DNA from: an uncultured delta proteobacterium
Lineage (GTDB): Bacteria > Myxococcota_A > Polyangia > Fen-1088
Length of the DNA stretch: 64,000 nucleotides
Reading direction: 5' to 3'
Assembly: GCA_963767925.1 (NCBI GenBank)
Contig: CAVYGB010000010.1
Span: 1,216,001 to 1,280,000, forward strand
Positions within the stretch are counted from its first letter, which is position 1. The number at the start of each line of letters is the position of its first letter. This document shows, one piece after another, positions 23,202 to 35,644 of this stretch. The notes beneath the pieces are model-generated. The model made no database searches and was not told the DNA's origin. It saw nothing but the letters and a program-made list of their open reading frames with translations. Both the position numbers and the translations under genes were made by a program.

Positions 23202-24779
23202 GTGGTTCGGCGATTCGGAAAACAGGAGACACGGTCGAGGCGGTTCGGGATTCACCTGCGGCTGGCGGGGACGCTGGCGGTGGTGGCGAGCGGGTGTGAC
23301 ACCCAGGTACTCGCGCCGACCGAGCAGCACACCTCGGAGCTGGTCGGGCTCAACATCGGTGGCCAGAACATCGGTGGCCAGAACATCGGTGGCCAGAACG
23401 TCGGCGGCCACAACATCGGCGGCCAGAACGTCGGCGGCCACAACATCAGCGGCCAGAACGTCGGCGGCCACAACATCAGCGGCCACAACATCGGCGGCCA
23501 GAACGTCGGCGGCCACAACATCGGCGGCCAGAACGTCGGCGGCCACAACATCGGCGGCCAGAACGTTGGCGGGCACAACATCAGCGGCCACAACCTCGCC
23601 GGGGTGAACCTCGCTCACGGGGCCGACACGCTCGATCGCCGCGGCGGCGCCGCCGGCCTGCTCTACAGCGGTGAAGATCTGCAGGCCCCCGAGGACCGCT
23701 GTGTCGTCCTCGGCGTCGGCTCGACCGAGATCGCCACCCTGCTCGGGCGCCAGAGCCCCGACGCCACCCTGCACGCCGCGATCGGCAAGCTCCCCTGGGG
23801 CTACACCGGCCCGGCGGGCGGCCCCATCGTCCTGGCCGCCTGGGAGGTCTTCCTGCAGGGCGATCGCACCCACTGCTCGTTCGTCCTCGCCACCCCCGTC
23901 GACAGCACCTGGGTCGGCGTGGCCGGCTTCGTCAAGGCCGTCTTCCGCTGGAACGCCCCGCCCGCCCAGACCCTCGAGGTGAGCGCCATCGAGACCAGCG
24001 GCCGGCAGGTCGCCGCGATCGGCCCGGTTGTCGAGACCCACGAGGGCATGATGGACGCTGGCGGCAAGTGGCGCGCCGGCCAGATCAGCGCCCGGAGCCT
24101 CGTCGCCGGTGAGCTCGCCTTCGTCGCCGCCACGACCAACAACCGCTCGGTCCTCGTCGACTTCGCCTCCTGGGTGACCGACGCCAGCAACGCGGGCCTG
24201 GTGCTCGGCCACGTGGAGAGCGCCAGCCCGCCCCGCTACGCCGAGTCGGTCTATTACGCCTACGACAACGGCGACGGCAGCATCGGCGTCGCCGTCGGCC
24301 CCGCCTCCTGGGTCGACAGCGACTACGCCGACGACCTGCCGAGCAGCTACCAGAGCCTCGAGGCCGCCTACCAGCTCTTCCAGGAGGGGCTCTTCACCCG
24401 CCCGGTCCCCACCCGCTGCGGCGGCGCCCTCTTCCTCAACGCCCGCCACGGCGAGCCGATGCCGGCCGGCAAGTGCGACAGCACGCTGGCCTGGACGGTC
24501 GGCGCGGCCGCCGGCTACCGCACCTGGACCACCGTGCCCGGCGCCACCGCGCCGATGAGCCAGTACATGTTGCTGCCCGCCGACGGCGCCACCCGCCTCA
24601 CCCGCAACGGCAAGGTCGTGCTGAGCGAGACCTACGTCCACATGTGGGACGTCAACTACGACCTCGAGCCGGGCGACCACCGCGCGCGCGAGGCCGACCG
24701 CCGCGCGCTCCTGGCGCCGTCGAGCGAGGCGCCCTCGTCGCTCCGCACCGCCGCCCTCGCGCAGCCCGCTGGCCGCTGA
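23202..24779 (+). CDS. Lipoprotein with N-terminal G-x-N-[IVL]-[GSA] pentapeptide repeats and an uncharacterised C-terminal domain
   Basis: LAVVASGC lipobox, 18 pentapeptide repeats, then a globular region with normal codon usage. Confidence 0.8.
   Translation: MVRRFGKQETRSRRFGIHLRLAGTLAVVASGCDTQVLAPTEQHTSELVGLNIGGQNIGGQNIGGQNVGGHNIGGQNVGGHNISGQNVGGHNISGHNIGGQNVGGHNIGGQNVGGHNIGGQNVGGHNISGHNLAGVNLAHGADTLDRRGGAAGLLYSGEDLQAPEDRCVVLGVGSTEIATLLGRQSPDATLHAAIGKLPWGYTGPAGGPIVLAAWEVFLQGDRTHCSFVLATPVDSTWVGVAGFVKAVFRWNAPPAQTLEVSAIETSGRQVAAIGPVVETHEGMMDAGGKWRAGQISARSLVAGELAFVAATTNNRSVLVDFASWVTDASNAGLVLGHVESASPPRYAESVYYAYDNGDGSIGVAVGPASWVDSDYADDLPSSYQSLEAAYQLFQEGLFTRPVPTRCGGALFLNARHGEPMPAGKCDSTLAWTVGAAAGYRTWTTVPGATAPMSQYMLLPADGATRLTRNGKVVLSETYVHMWDVNYDLEPGDHRAREADRRALLAPSSEAPSSLRTAALAQPAGR
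23346..23615 (+). repeat. 15-bp coding tandem repeat, 18 units (GGCCA[GC]AAC[AG]TC[GA]GC-like)
   Basis: Read directly; encodes GLNIG GQNIG GQNIG GQNVG GHNIG ... GHNLA GVNLA. Confidence 0.95.
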
Positions 24780-24860
24780 GCCGCCGGCCGCCGGCGTCAT
24801 GACGGAGCGTCAACCCGTCACCGTCAGTAGGGGTGGTGAGTGCGCTAGATTCCCTGGGCG

Positions 24861-27800
24861 ATGTCTCGGTGCCCGACCTGCCACCGGCGACTCGCCCCGG
24901 CCGCCTCCTGCGCCCGCGACGGCAGCACGGCGGTAGCTTCACCGGCCCTCGCGGGCAGCGCGCCCGGGCGACCCCGCGTACCCGGCGTCGAGGCGACGAC
25001 CCTGCTCGGCGCGGGCGCCTACGGCGCGGTCTGGGCGGCCACCACGACCGAAGCGCCGGTGGGCCAGCCGGTTGCCGTGAAGGTCAGCCACGACACGACC
25101 GAGGCGACGGCGGCGCGCTTCCGCCGGGAGGCGGCCATCCTCACCCGGGTCGGCCCGCCCCACCTGCCCGCCTTCGTCGCCGCGGGCAAGCTCGCCGATG
25201 GGCGCTCCTACCTCTCGATGGAGCGCCTGGTCGGCCCCACCCTCGCCGAGGAGATCGCCGGCTTTCACGAGCCACCTCCCCTGGAGGTCGTCGGGCTGCT
25301 CGGCAGCACCCTCATCGAAGCAGTGGCCGCCCTGCACGAGCGCGGCGTCTCCCACCGCGACCTCAAGCCGGAGAACGTGATCCTGACCGGCGCGGGCGCC
25401 GCCCGGGTGGCCCGGCTGATCGATTTTGGCCTGGCGCTCACGCCGTCCCTCCCCGCCCTCGAGCGCACGACCACCGGCATGGCGGTGGGCACGCCCGAAT
25501 ACATGGCCCCCGAGCGGATCGCCGGCGAGGACGGGGACTTCCCGGCGGACGTCTACGCGCTCGGCGCCATCCTGTTCGAGCTGCTCACCCTGCGGACGCC
25601 CTTCGTGGGGGACACCCGCGAGATCGAATACGCCCAGCTCTCCTTCCGCCCCCCCTCCCCCTCCCGCTTCGCCCCGGTCCCCGACGCGCTCGAGGAGATC
25701 GTCCTGCGCTGCCTGGCCAAGAATCCGGCCCGCCGCTTCCCCGACGGCATGGCCCTGCACGCGGCCTTCCTCGCGGCGCTCGCCGACCTGGGCGGGTTCC
25801 GGGAGCGGCCAGCGCCGGCCGCGCCCCGCGAGGAGGGGCCCCCGCGGGCGGAGCGCCAGAAGGTCGCCCTCATCTTCATGCATGACCCGGTGGCCTCGGC
25901 GGTCGACATCCAGGGGGCCATCCAGCCGTTCGGCGGCCAGCTCGCCCACCTGGCCGGCGGCCGCTGCGTCTGCGCCTTCACCCACCGGGCCGGCGATCAC
26001 CCGGGCCAGCGCGCGCTGGGCGCGGCCGAGGCGCTCGTCGCCCGCCGGCTGGCCGCCCGCCTCATCGTCGACGTCGGCACCGTCCTCGTGAAGCCCCGGC
26101 CGAGCGGCCCGCCCCGCGTGACGAGCCCGCTCTTCTCCGAGGGCGCCCGCTTCCCCCGGGTCGACGAGCCCGAAGGCATCCAGCTCACGCCCGCCGCGCG
26201 CGAGATGTTGCCCGACGTGGTCTGCACGCCCTCGGTCACCCGCCCCGAGCACTTCGCGCTGGTGCCCCGCGCCGACCAGGACCTGCTCCGCACGGTCGAG
26301 CTGGCCGCCCGCGAGGCGATCGGCCCGCTCTTCGGACGGGAGGACGAGCTGCAAGGCCTGTCGGAGGAGGCGGCCCGGGCGCTGGCCGAGCGGCGGCCGC
26401 GCGTCGCCACCGTCCTCGGCGGGCAGGGGATCGGCAAGACCCGCCTGCGCTTCGAGCTGGCCCACCTCCTGCCGACCAGCCTCCAGGGGGTGGAGGTGAT
26501 CGAGCTGGTGGCCAAGGAGGCGATCGGGCCCGAGGCCGACGAGATCCTCGCCGAGCTGCTGCGCCGGACCCTCGATCTGCCGCGCCAGCCGCCCCCCGGG
26601 GCCGAGCGCGAGCCCTGGATCGCCCGCCTCGGTGAATCGGAGAGCGAAGCGGCCGCGGCCGGCCTGGTGCTCGGCTGGCTGACCCCCGACGACGCGCGGG
26701 TGCGGGCGATGGCCGCCGCGCCCGGCGCCCTGCGAGCCAACGCCGCCCGCGCCGGCATGACCGCCCTCGCCCGACGGGCCGGGCGCCAGCCAGTGGTGGT
26801 CCTGCTCGACGGCGCCCACTGGGCCGACGACGCCCTCCTCGATGCCCTCGAGCAGGCCACCGTCTCGGAGCTGCCGCTCTGGGTGTGCGCCTTCGCCAGC
26901 CCCGCCTTCACCGCCAGCCGGCCCACCTGGGGCCAGCGGGCGGCCGGGCACCACCTCGTGCCCCTGGGCCCCCTCGATCGGGCCAGCGCCTCGGAGCTGT
27001 GCCGCCACCTGCTCGAGCCGGCCGCCCAGGTCCCCCAGGCGGTCGTCGACACCCTCATCGATCGCGCCGAGGGCGTGCCCCTCATGATCCACGACCTCAT
27101 CCGGGGGCTGCGGCGCGAGGGCCTCGTCCGCCGGCAGGGCCCCGGCGCCTGGGTGCTCGTCACCGAGGTCCTCGACCGGCTGTCCGACTCCCCGCTGGCC
27201 CAGTGGCTGGCCAGCCGGGAGCTCGACGAGCTGTCGGCCGACCTGGTGGCCCACGCCCGCCTGCTGGCCCTGCTGCCCCTCGAGGTCACGGTCGAGGAGG
27301 TGGAGGGGGTGCTGGCGGCGATGCCTCCCGACCTGCTCGACGCCTTCCCGCTCGACGGGCAGGTGGGCCTGCAGCGGCTGCGCCAGTGCGGCCTGCTGCA
27401 GCGGCGCCCGTCCGGTCGCCACGCCTTCCGCAACGAGGGCATCCGGGAGGCCATCGCCCGCACGGTGAACGAGGGCCTGGCCGCCAGGATCCACAGGGCC
27501 GCCCTCCAGTACCACTTGTCGCCCCCCGACGCCGGCCCCGACCGCCTGGCCCGCCTGGCCTGGCACGCGGCGGCCGCCGGCGAGCGGGAGGAGGCGGCCG
27601 CCGCCTACCTGGCGGTCGCCGAGGGGGCGGGCGCGCGCCACAGCTACCTCGAGGCGGAGCTGTTCTACAGCCGCTGCCTGGGCCAGCTCGTCGAGGGGGA
27701 CGCCCCCCGGCGGCTGCGGGCCCTGCGCGGCCGGGGCATCATGCGCTACCGGCTGGGGCGGCACGACGAGTCGCTGGCCGACCTCGGGCAAGCCCACGTC

Positions 27801-28856
27801 CTCGCCCAGCGCGGCGACGACCGCCTGCTCGAGGCCGACCTGCTGCTTGACGAGGCCATGGCCCTCGACTGGCTGCTCGACTGGCCGCGCTCGCGCGCGC
27901 TGACCGAGCGGGCCCGCGCCCTGATCCCCGGGGACGCCCCCCCCGCCCTGCGCGCCCGCCTGCTGCTCGCGCTGGGCCGATCGCTCCACCGCTTCAACGC
28001 CGACGCCGAGGCGGCCGGCGTCCTGCGCGAGGCCGAGCGCCTGGCCGCGACCTGCGGAGACGAGGGCTACGAGGTGGTGGTCATCGCCGACCTCGTGCTG
28101 GGGCTGCTGTTGCCGATGATCGGGCTGACCGACGAGGCCGAGGCCCGCCTGAACCAGGTGCAGCGCCTGTGCGAGGAGAAGGGGGACGAGCTGCACCTGG
28201 CGGCGATGTGGCAGAACCGTTCGCTGATCTTCCTGGCCCGGGACCAGCGCGATCGCTTCGAGGAGGAGAACGCCCGCGTGCGGGCCCACGCCCAGCGGCT
28301 CGGCAACGCCACCGTCGAGCGCTACGCCCACCTCAACCTCTCGAACTACTGCTACTGGCGCTGGGAGCTCGATCCCGCCCTGGAATACGCCCACAAGCTC
28401 ATCGAGGTGGACCGGCGCTTCCGGGGCGAGGGGGCCTTCCGGCCCGACGGGCTGGTGCTGCTGGCCCGCATCCTGTTCGTGCGGGGCGACGAGGCGGGGG
28501 CCCGGGCGACGGTCGAGCAGGTCGCCCGCCACCAGGCCGAGGCCCGCGCCGCCGGCCAGAGCGATCGCCTGCTGGCCCCCAACGACGAGCTGCTGCTCGA
28601 CATGACCGCGCTGCTGGTCGCCGGCGCCGCGGGGCCGGCCTGGGAGGCGCTGCTCGAGCGGGCCCGGACGGTCTCCCCCGGGCAAGAGCTGATCGAGGTG
28701 ATCGAGCTGGCCGGCCTGGCCGCCGAGCGCCGGGGCGACCTCGCGGCCGCCCGGCGCTGCTGGGAGGAGGCGCTCGCGGTGGGCGCGCGCATCCCCAACG
28801 TCATGAGCGGCCGCGTCCGCGGGCGGCTGGCCCGGCTGGCGGCCGATCCTCAGTAA
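24861..28856 (+). CDS. Ser/Thr kinase fused to a P-loop (STAND/AAA) NTPase and TPR-like helical repeats
   Basis: N-terminal Cxx[29 protein letters not shown] Walker [10 protein letters not shown] Walker B; helical C-terminus. Confidence 0.92.
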   Translation: MSRCPTCHRRLAPAASCARDGSTAVASPALAGSAPGRPRVPGVEATTLLGAGAYGAVWAATTTEAPVGQPVAVKVSHDTTEATAARFRREAAILTRVGPPHLPAFVAAGKLADGRSYLSMERLVGPTLAEEIAGFHEPPPLEVVGLLGSTLIEAVAALHERGVSHRDLKPENVILTGAGAARVARLIDFGLALTPSLPALERTTTGMAVGTPEYMAPERIAGEDGDFPADVYALGAILFELLTLRTPFVGDTREIEYAQLSFRPPSPSRFAPVPDALEEIVLRCLAKNPARRFPDGMALHAAFLAALADLGGFRERPAPAAPREEGPPRAERQKVALIFMHDPVASAVDIQGAIQPFGGQLAHLAGGRCVCAFTHRAGDHPGQRALGAAEALVARRLAARLIVDVGTVLVKPRPSGPPRVTSPLFSEGARFPRVDEPEGIQLTPAAREMLPDVVCTPSVTRPEHFALVPRADQDLLRTVELAAREAIGPLFGREDELQGLSEEAARALAERRPRVATVLGGQGIGKTRLRFELAHLLPTSLQGVEVIELVAKEAIGPEADEILAELLRRTLDLPRQPPPGAEREPWIARLGESESEAAAAGLVLGWLTPDDARVRAMAAAPGALRANAARAGMTALARRAGRQPVVVLLDGAHWADDALLDALEQATVSELPLWVCAFASPAFTASRPTWGQRAAGHHLVPLGPLDRASASELCRHLLEPAAQVPQAVVDTLIDRAEGVPLMIHDLIRGLRREGLVRRQGPGAWVLVTEVLDRLSDSPLAQWLASRELDELSADLVAHARLLALLPLEVTVEEVEGVLAAMPPDLLDAFPLDGQVGLQRLRQCGLLQRRPSGRHAFRNEGIREAIARTVNEGLAARIHRAALQYHLSPPDAGPDRLARLAWHAAAAGEREEAAAAYLAVAEGAGARHSYLEAELFYSRCLGQLVEGDAPRRLRALRGRGIMRYRLGRHDESLADLGQAHVLAQRGDDRLLEADLLLDEAMALDWLLDWPRSRALTERARALIPGDAPPALRARLLLALGRSLHRFNADAEAAGVLREAERLAATCGDEGYEVVVIADLVLGLLLPMIGLTDEAEARLNQVQRLCEEKGDELHLAAMWQNRSLIFLARDQRDRFEEENARVRAHAQRLGNATVERYAHLNLSNYCYWRWELDPALEYAHKLIEVDRRFRGEGAFRPDGLVLLARILFVRGDEAGARATVEQVARHQAEARAAGQSDRLLAPNDELLLDMTALLVAGAAGPAWEALLERARTVSPGQELIEVIELAGLAAERRGDLAAARRCWEEALAVGARIPNVMSGRVRGRLARLAADPQ

Positions 28857-31800
28857 GTCTTCGTCCAGAGCAGGTCGGCGGAGCCGACCCGGGCGTCGCC
28901 GTAGGTGCCCTCCAGGCTCCAGCGCTGTCCGAGCTGCAGCTCGAGGTGGACCTCGTTGCGGTTCTCGCGGGCGAACTGATCGGTGCCGGTGCGCCCGACG
29001 TAGGCGACGTAGAGGTCGTTGCCGATGTAGGTCCCCGCCTCGAGCCGGGCGCCGGCGAAGTCCTGCCCCGGCTCGAGCAGCAACACGTCGAGGGGCAGGC
29101 GCTTCGAGAGCGTCTTCTGGAGCTGGCTGGCCAGCAAACCGCCCAGCAGGGAGGCGGCCCGGTCGGCGGGGGCCGCCCCGCCGCCACCGCCCCGGACGAT
29201 GTCGTCGGGCAGCCGGCCGGTCAGCACCAGGGCGAACAGCTCGCTGTCCCCGTATTCGGGGTGCTCGGGCGAGGTCAGGGTGAAGCGCAGGCGGTCGGCC
29301 GGCCCCTCGACGTGGACGTTCACCGTCGTGTCGGCCTGCTCGATTCGGTAGGTGGCGTCGACCGAGAGGCTCGGCACCTCGGGCCGCCCGCCGAACACAA
29401 CCGACGAGCCGCCGGTGACGAGGAAGCGCCGGCCCATCACCTGCACGTAGCCCCGCCGCACCTTCACCGTGCCAAACAGACGCGGCTCCTCCTCGTAGAG
29501 CAGGAGGAAGCCCGGCTCGAGGCCCAGCTCCAGGTTGACGTCGGGGCCCCGCACCCACAGGTTGCGCTCGGCCTCCACCGACACCCGCACCACCCGCTCG
29601 ACCTCCTCGGCGGAATCCGGCCAGGGCCCCGGTCTCCTGCAGCTTGCGGGCCTCGCGCGCGTCGCGGGGCTGGCCGTTCTCCAGGATGACGATGTCCCCG
29701 GGGCGCTTGAGCGACTGCACGTCCTTGCGCTTGTCCCCCGCCAGCAGGAAGTGCGCCTCGGGGATGGACGCCGCCAGGCGGATGCGCTCGGGCGCCACCG
29801 TCCCCTTGATCGTCGACTTCACCGACAGGTCGCCCACCGCCTGCCCCTCGGTATAAAAGCGGAACTTGTCGAGGTGGGCCTGCACCTCCAGGGCGAGCCG
29901 CCGCCCCTGGTCCTCGCGAACCGCGCGCCCCGAGAGGTGGGCCTGGCCCGGCCCGCTGCTGGCCTGCAGCCGCTCGAGCACCATCTCGCGCGAGTCGCCC
30001 CGCAGCGCCAGGTCGATGTCGCGGTATTCGCCCAGCCCGGCCAGCACCAGGCGGCCCTTCTTCAACTCGAGCCGGCCGGCGAGCTGGGGCGCGCCCACGT
30101 TCCCCTCGATGCGGCCCTGGGCCTCGAGCCGCCCCGCCACCGTCCGGACCGAGTCGTGCAGTCCGGAGAAGATGCTGAGGTCCAGGGCCCGGGAGGCCAG
30201 ACGGCCGCGCACCGGGATGGCCCGCACCTTCAGCCCGCGCTGGATCCCGGGCAGCGACAGGTTGGCCCGGCCTTGCAGCTCCAGCTCCAGCCGGCCGCCG
30301 TTGGCCGAGTCGACCTGGGCCAGCAGCTTGCCCTGCTCGTCCTGGTAATCGAAGCGCAGGTCGGCCTTGCCGAGCGCCCGGCTCCCCAGGCTGGCCTCGT
30401 CGGCCAGCGCGCGCACCTGCAGCGTCGGGTCGGCCAGCGTCCCCCGGGCCACCACCTGGGCCTGCACCCGGGCCCGGAACTGCGGCCGCTCGGCCCCCCG
30501 CGGACCCCCGATCTCCACCGAGGGCAGCCCCAACCGTTGCAGCCGGATCGGGCCCACCCGGGCCTCCACCTGCAAGGGCGTGTGGTCAACCGCCCGCCCC
30601 TGCACCAGCTCGGCCACCGTCGTGCCCAGGTGGGCGTCGAGCTGGACCAGCGGCTGGCTGGTCTGCTGCAGGCGCACCCGGGCGTCGATGCCGGTGCGCG
30701 GGCGATCGCTGGCCTGCAGGTCGAGCTGCAGGCCGCTCAGGCGGTCGACCCGGCCATCGGCCAGCCCCGCGGTCAGCTCGATCTCCCCGGCCGGCAGCCG
30801 CCCCCGCGCCCGCAGATCGAGCCGGGCCCGCCCGCCGAGCTTGCGCCCAGGAGGCAGGACACCCGGCGGCAGGCGGGCCAGGTCCAGCCCCGCCACCCGC
30901 AGGTGGGCCTCGATCTGCTTGCCCCGCTGCCGCAGGTCGACCTGCACCCGCTGCCCCGGCTCGGCCTGCAGATCCAGCCCGGCCACCTCCAGCCCGCGGC
31001 GGCCGCTGTCGATGCGCGCCGGGGCGACGAGCTGCCAGGTGGCCCGGGGGTAGCCCAGCTTCAGGCTGGCGAGGTCGACGACGATCTCGCCCGGGCTCCG
31101 CTGCCGCGCCCGCCCGCCCGCCCGCAGGGACAGCGCCGTCGGGGTGCGGGTGCTGGCGTCGAGGGAAAACCCGCCCGAGGGGGCGCTCCGGGCCGCCAGG
31201 GCCACCTGCCCGAAGCGCCGGCCGCCCGCCCGCAGGCTGCCCACCTGCAGGCGGGCCGAAGCCCGCAGCGGCAGCGCCCGTCCCTCGCTCTGCAGCGACA
31301 GGCGCAGATCGTCGACCGCGCTGTCGGCCACCCGCAGGACCGGGAGCCGGGCCTGGGCCTTCACCTCGGGCCGCAGCACGGTCCCCCGGACCGAGGCGGT
31401 GACCTGCCCCCGCCCGGCCAGCCCCAGCCGCGCCGGCAGCCCCAGGCTGCGCGCCGCCAGGCGCAGATCCTCCGCTTGCACCTTCAGGTCCAGGGCCAGC
31501 GCCCGCAGATCGCTCTGCCCCTTGCCGTCGAGGCGCAGGCCGGGCAATACCGCGATCAGCTCGTCGATGGTGTAGCGCCCGCGGTCGGCCCGCACCCGCG
31601 CCCGCACCGGCCCGAGCGGGCGCCCCACGATGGAGGCCCCCGGCAGCACCTGCAGATCGGCCTTGAAGGTCGCCTCGGCGGCGCTGCGCCCACCCCCCTG
31701 CCCCTCCAGCACGAGATCGAAGCGCGAGGGTGGACCGCCGACCAGGAGCGCGGCCAGGTCCACCCGCTGCGCCTCCAGGCGGACCGCGCGGGCCTGCCGC

Positions 31801-32780
31801 TTGCCGGTGTCGACCTCCGCCTGCAGGCGCGCCCGCAGGGTGTCGGCGGCCAGCGACAGGTCCACCCCCACCACGTCGCCGCGCAACGAGGCCGACCCCT
31901 TGCCCGCCACCACCACCCGCACCGGGTAGGCCGGCACGAACTGGCGCACCAGCGCCGGATCGATCCGCACCTCGGCGAGCGCGAGGTCGGCGTTGCGCAG
32001 GTCCTGGCTCTCGACCGAAAGATCGAGGTGGGTGCCACCCCAGCGCAGGCGCACGCCCCCCTGGCCTTTGGGGCCCACCGCCCTGGCGACGACCGTCAGG
32101 TCGAGCGGCGCGCGCAGCGGGGCCGAGGTCGCCCCCTGCAGCGCGAGCTGCCCCTCGACCTGGCCGCCCTCCGGCCCCTGGCCCAGCAGGAGGTGCACGT
32201 GGCCCTGGCTCTCGAGCCGGTCGAGGTGGATGGGCGGCAGGCCGGCGGGGGCCAGGTCGCGCAGCCGGATCACCCCGCCCGAGAGGGTCAGCTTGTGCAC
32301 CGCCAGGTGCAGCGGCGCCGGCGGCCCGGCTCCGGGCGCCGCCGCGACCGGGGCCTCCGGCGGGCCGATCGGCGTCAAGGCCCGGGTGAGGTTCCAGCCC
32401 CGGGCGCTCCGCTCCAGGGTCACCGCGGGCTGCTCGAGCCGGACCTCCGCGATCTCGATCCGCCTGCGCAGCAGGGCCATCGGCGAAAACACGACCCAGG
32501 CCCGCCCGAGCTCGATCACCTTCTTGCCCTCGGGGTCACGCAGCACCACCCCCCGCAGCTCCAGGCTGCGCCCGCGGTAGCGGAAGTCGGCCAGCTCGAG
32601 CCGGCCAGCCAGGGTGGCGTTCACCCGGGGCAAGACCAGCTCGCGCACCAGCGAGCCGCCCCAGCGGGTGCGCAGCGACAGCACCAGCCCCACCGCCAGC
32701 ACCAGCAACACGGCCAGGGTGGCGAGCGAGATGCGCAGGACCGACCCCGCCACCCGCCGCCCGCGATCCCAGCGCCGCAT
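28850..32780 (-). CDS. tamB: Translocation and assembly module TamB (DUF490), frameshifted near 29610-29635
   Basis: N-terminal TM plus AsmA-like start and a long beta-rich body. The C-terminal DUF490-like part (LEAGTYIGNDLYVAY...ADLLWTKTY) lies in a second frame. Coupled to the TamA-like gene. Confidence 0.82.
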
Positions 32781-34945
32781 CAGAACGCCTCCCCGATCGA
32801 GACGTGGATCGAGCACAGCCCGTCGCGCACCCAGAGCTGGTCGGCGTTGCTCCCGATCCCGAAGCAGCTCCGGTTCACGTTGGCCCCCGTCTCGGGGCCG
32901 TACTGGTAACCGCCCCCCATGGGCCGGGCGTAGGTGATCTCCTGGCCGGCCTCGTCGAACAGCGGGGGCGGCCGCCCGAAGGGCAGCCGGAAGCCGAAGT
33001 CGGCGCGCAGGGGCCCCACCGGGGTGAGGTAGCGGATGCCGAAGCCGACCGCCCACATCATCCGCCGCACCTCCGCGAGGGGCACCCGCTGCTTCGTCAC
33101 GGTGCCGTAGTCGGCGAAGGCGGCCCCCGCCAGGTTGTCCGAGAAGCGCGCGCGCACTTCGAAGTTTCCCTCGATGAGGCCGTTGCCCCCGATGGGCAGC
33201 GCCAGCTTGCCCTCCGGGTCGGCCGCGCTGGGCGCGGGGATGAGGATCATCGGCGACAGCCGCCGGATCCCGAACCCCCGCATCCAGTTCGAGCCCCCCG
33301 AGAAGAAGCGGGTCACAACCGCGCTGTCCTCGGGCCGGCCGCTCGCGGTGAGCAGGGCCCCAACCCGGGCGCGGGCCGCCAGGGTGAAGCGATCGTCCTC
33401 GCCCAGGCTGAGGTAGCCGCGCGCCTCGGGCAAGATGCGCAGGTAGTCGAACCCCCCGCCCAGGGGCCCCCCGCCCTCCTGCAACGACAGCGCCAGGTAC
33501 CGCCCCTTGCGCGGCTGCAGCGGGTCGTCGCGGGTGTCCCAGGTGAGGCTCTGCTCGAGGTACGACAGCAGCACGAAGCAGGGGTCCTCCACGCAGCCCA
33601 GGGTCAGCGGCGCCGACTGCGGCGTGATCGCGCGGGGGCCGTCGAGGCGGTAGCCCTGCAGGTTGTAGGCGGGGAACACGGTAAAGGTGCTGTGGGGGGC
33701 CCACTCGACCCCGGTCATCAGCCGCCCGCCGATGGCGTCATAGGTCTGCTCCAGCGTGCGATCGCTCTCGACCAGCGCGTTCAGCCCCAGCGACGGACGC
33801 CCGAACAGGCGGGGCTGATCGAAGTCGAGGGTCGCCCGGTAGATGGGCCCGTGCCGGGGCCCGAGCTCGATCTGGTTGCGCACCACCGCCAGGGTGCTCG
33901 GCAAGAAGGCCCAGCCGGCTGTGACCCGGGCCTGCAGCCGGCGCAGCCCCCCCAGCCAGTTCCGGTCGGTCCACTCGGCGAGCAGGCGGGCCTCCTGCCG
34001 CACCTGATCGAAGCCCACCCCGGTCCCCAGCCGCAGGGTGTGGGCGGGGGCGGCCCGCACGTTCACCACCACCGGCAAGAGCCCCTCGGGCGTCTCGTCG
34101 CCGGTGTCCACCCGCACGGTGGAGAAGATCCCCATGGCGAACACCCGGCGCTGCACCTCCTCGAGCGCCTCGTCGGAGTAAAAGGGGGCGCCCTCCAGGG
34201 CCAGCTCGGCCTGCTCGCGCACCCAGGCGGGGTCGACGCCGATGGGGGGCGGGGCCCGGCCCTCGCGCGCGGCCCGCCGGGCGCCTCCGGTCTGCACGAA
34301 CACGTCGCCGAAGCGGTATTGCCGCCCGGGGGCCGTGCGCACGTGCAGGCGGGCCTCGTGGGTGGCGACGTCGACGGTGGCCTGGCCGGCTACCTCGGCC
34401 CGGGCGTACCCCAGATCGCGCAGGCCCCGGGTGACCTGGGCCTTGGTCTGCTCCCAGGCGCTCTCCCGGAAGATGTCGGCCTCCCGCACCGGAAGGTCCT
34501 CGAGCAGGGTCAGCCGCTGCGGCTCGGGCAGGGTCTCGAGCCCCTCGAGCCGCAGCTCGGTCACCCGCACCGGATCGCGCTCCTGCACCTCGACGACCAG
34601 GTCGACCTCCGGGTTGGTCTTGCGCCCGGTCGGCGGACGGAGCTGGACGTCCGACTTGACCACCTGGGCCCCGTAGTACCCGCGGCTCTGGTACAGGCGC
34701 TCGATCCGCTCGAGGTCGGACTGCCACTCGACCGGATCGAAGTAGCTCTTCTTCGCGAACGGCCACCAGGAGGTCTCGGTGGTGAGGATCCGCTTCTTTA
34801 TGTCGCTCGCCGAGAGCGCCTGGGTCCCCCGGATCTCCACGTCGTCGACAACCGCCGCCTGGTCGAGCTTCTGACCGGCGCAGGAGGTCCCCGCCGCCCA
34901 TCCGGCCAGCAACGCCGGCAGCCAGCGCAAATCCGAGCTCCGCAT
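32780..34945 (-). CDS. tamA: Omp85-family TamA/BamA outer-membrane protein
   Basis: Lipoprotein-like signal, POTRA-type segments, RFFSGGSNWMRGF loop, GFGIRYLTPVGPLRADFG, C-terminal SIGEAF. Confidence 0.85.
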   Translation of the reverse strand: MRSSDLRWLPALLAGWAAGTSCAGQKLDQAAVVDDVEIRGTQALSASDIKKRILTTETSWWPFAKKSYFDPVEWQSDLERIERLYQSRGYYGAQVVKSDVQLRPPTGRKTNPEVDLVVEVQERDPVRVTELRLEGLETLPEPQRLTLLEDLPVREADIFRESAWEQTKAQVTRGLRDLGYARAEVAGQATVDVATHEARLHVRTAPGRQYRFGDVFVQTGGARRAAREGRAPPPIGVDPAWVREQAELALEGAPFYSDEALEEVQRRVFAMGIFSTVRVDTGDETPEGLLPVVVNVRAAPAHTLRLGTGVGFDQVRQEARLLAEWTDRNWLGGLRRLQARVTAGWAFLPSTLAVVRNQIELGPRHGPIYRATLDFDQPRLFGRPSLGLNALVESDRTLEQTYDAIGGRLMTGVEWAPHSTFTVFPAYNLQGYRLDGPRAITPQSAPLTLGCVEDPCFVLLSYLEQSLTWDTRDDPLQPRKGRYLALSLQEGGGPLGGGFDYLRILPEARGYLSLGEDDRFTLAARARVGALLTASGRPEDSAVVTRFFSGGSNWMRGFGIRRLSPMILIPAPSAADPEGKLALPIGGNGLIEGNFEVRARFSDNLAGAAFADYGTVTKQRVPLAEVRRMMWAVGFGIRYLTPVGPLRADFGFRLPFGRPPPLFDEAGQEITYARPMGGGYQYGPETGANVNRSCFGIGSNADQLWVRDGLCSIHVSIGEAF

Positions 34946-35008
34946 CCGCCCACCAATGTAGTGCCGGCGCGCGCCAGCGCGGCAGGGAGGCCGCCGAAGG
35001 TTGGCCGC

Positions 35009-35644
35009 TCAGTCCTGACGGACGGGTCGACCCCGGTACATCCGCACGACGGTCCGGTCGCCCGAATCGGCCGGGGCCAGGCCGGCGAAGGGGATCTCCT
35101 GGGTCTGCGCCACCAGGGTGGGCTCACCCGGCGGCGGCGTCGGTCGCGACCGCGCGGGGGGTGGGGGCGGCGGGGGGCCCGAAGGGCGGGGCATCGGCGC
35201 CACCCGGGTGGCGCCCTGGCTGGACCGGTAGGTGGCCGGCGGCAGGGGCGGCGGCATCGGCGCGGCCGGCGTGGTCGGCTCGGCCGGCGCATCGAGCAGC
35301 AGGTTCAGCCGGCGGATGGCCAGGTTCATGGCCATCTTCATGACCGCCGGGTTGATGTCCGCCCCGGTGAGCACGCAGAGCAACCCGTCGCGCAAGGGGC
35401 GCAAGAACACGAAGAAGTCCGCGTAGCGCAGGGTGCAGGTCTGCACCTCGCTGCCGCCGTAGCTGAGCGTCTCGCGCAGCCGGAGGGCGCGGGGGCCCGC
35501 CTCGCCGAGGATGTCGTCGCCGAACATCGCCGGCATGTCGCGGGCCACCAGCCGGCCGAAGTCGGTGATGACGAAGCTGCCCTGCACGCCGCGCACGTCC
35601 CGCATCGACTGCAGGGCGGCCGACAGCTCCTGCGCGATGTTCAA
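35009..35644 (-). CDS. Roadblock/LC7 (MglB-like) domain protein with Pro-rich tail
   Basis: LQSMRDVRGVQGSFVITDFGRLVARDMP roadblock-like N-terminus; TTG start overlapping the upstream TGA; GGAG RBS. Confidence 0.72.
   Translation of the reverse strand: MNIAQELSAALQSMRDVRGVQGSFVITDFGRLVARDMPAMFGDDILGEAGPRALRLRETLSYGGSEVQTCTLRYADFFVFLRPLRDGLLCVLTGADINPAVMKMAMNLAIRRLNLLLDAPAEPTTPAAPMPPPLPPATYRSSQGATRVAPMPRPSGPPPPPPPARSRPTPPPGEPTLVAQTQEIPFAGLAPADSGDRTVVRMYRGRPVRQD

Noticed and set aside
24939..33704. 2921-aa minus-strand ORF
   Set aside because: A chimera of an off-frame tamA segment, the real TamB N-terminus (from 32780) and, after the frameshift, antisense of the kinase gene.
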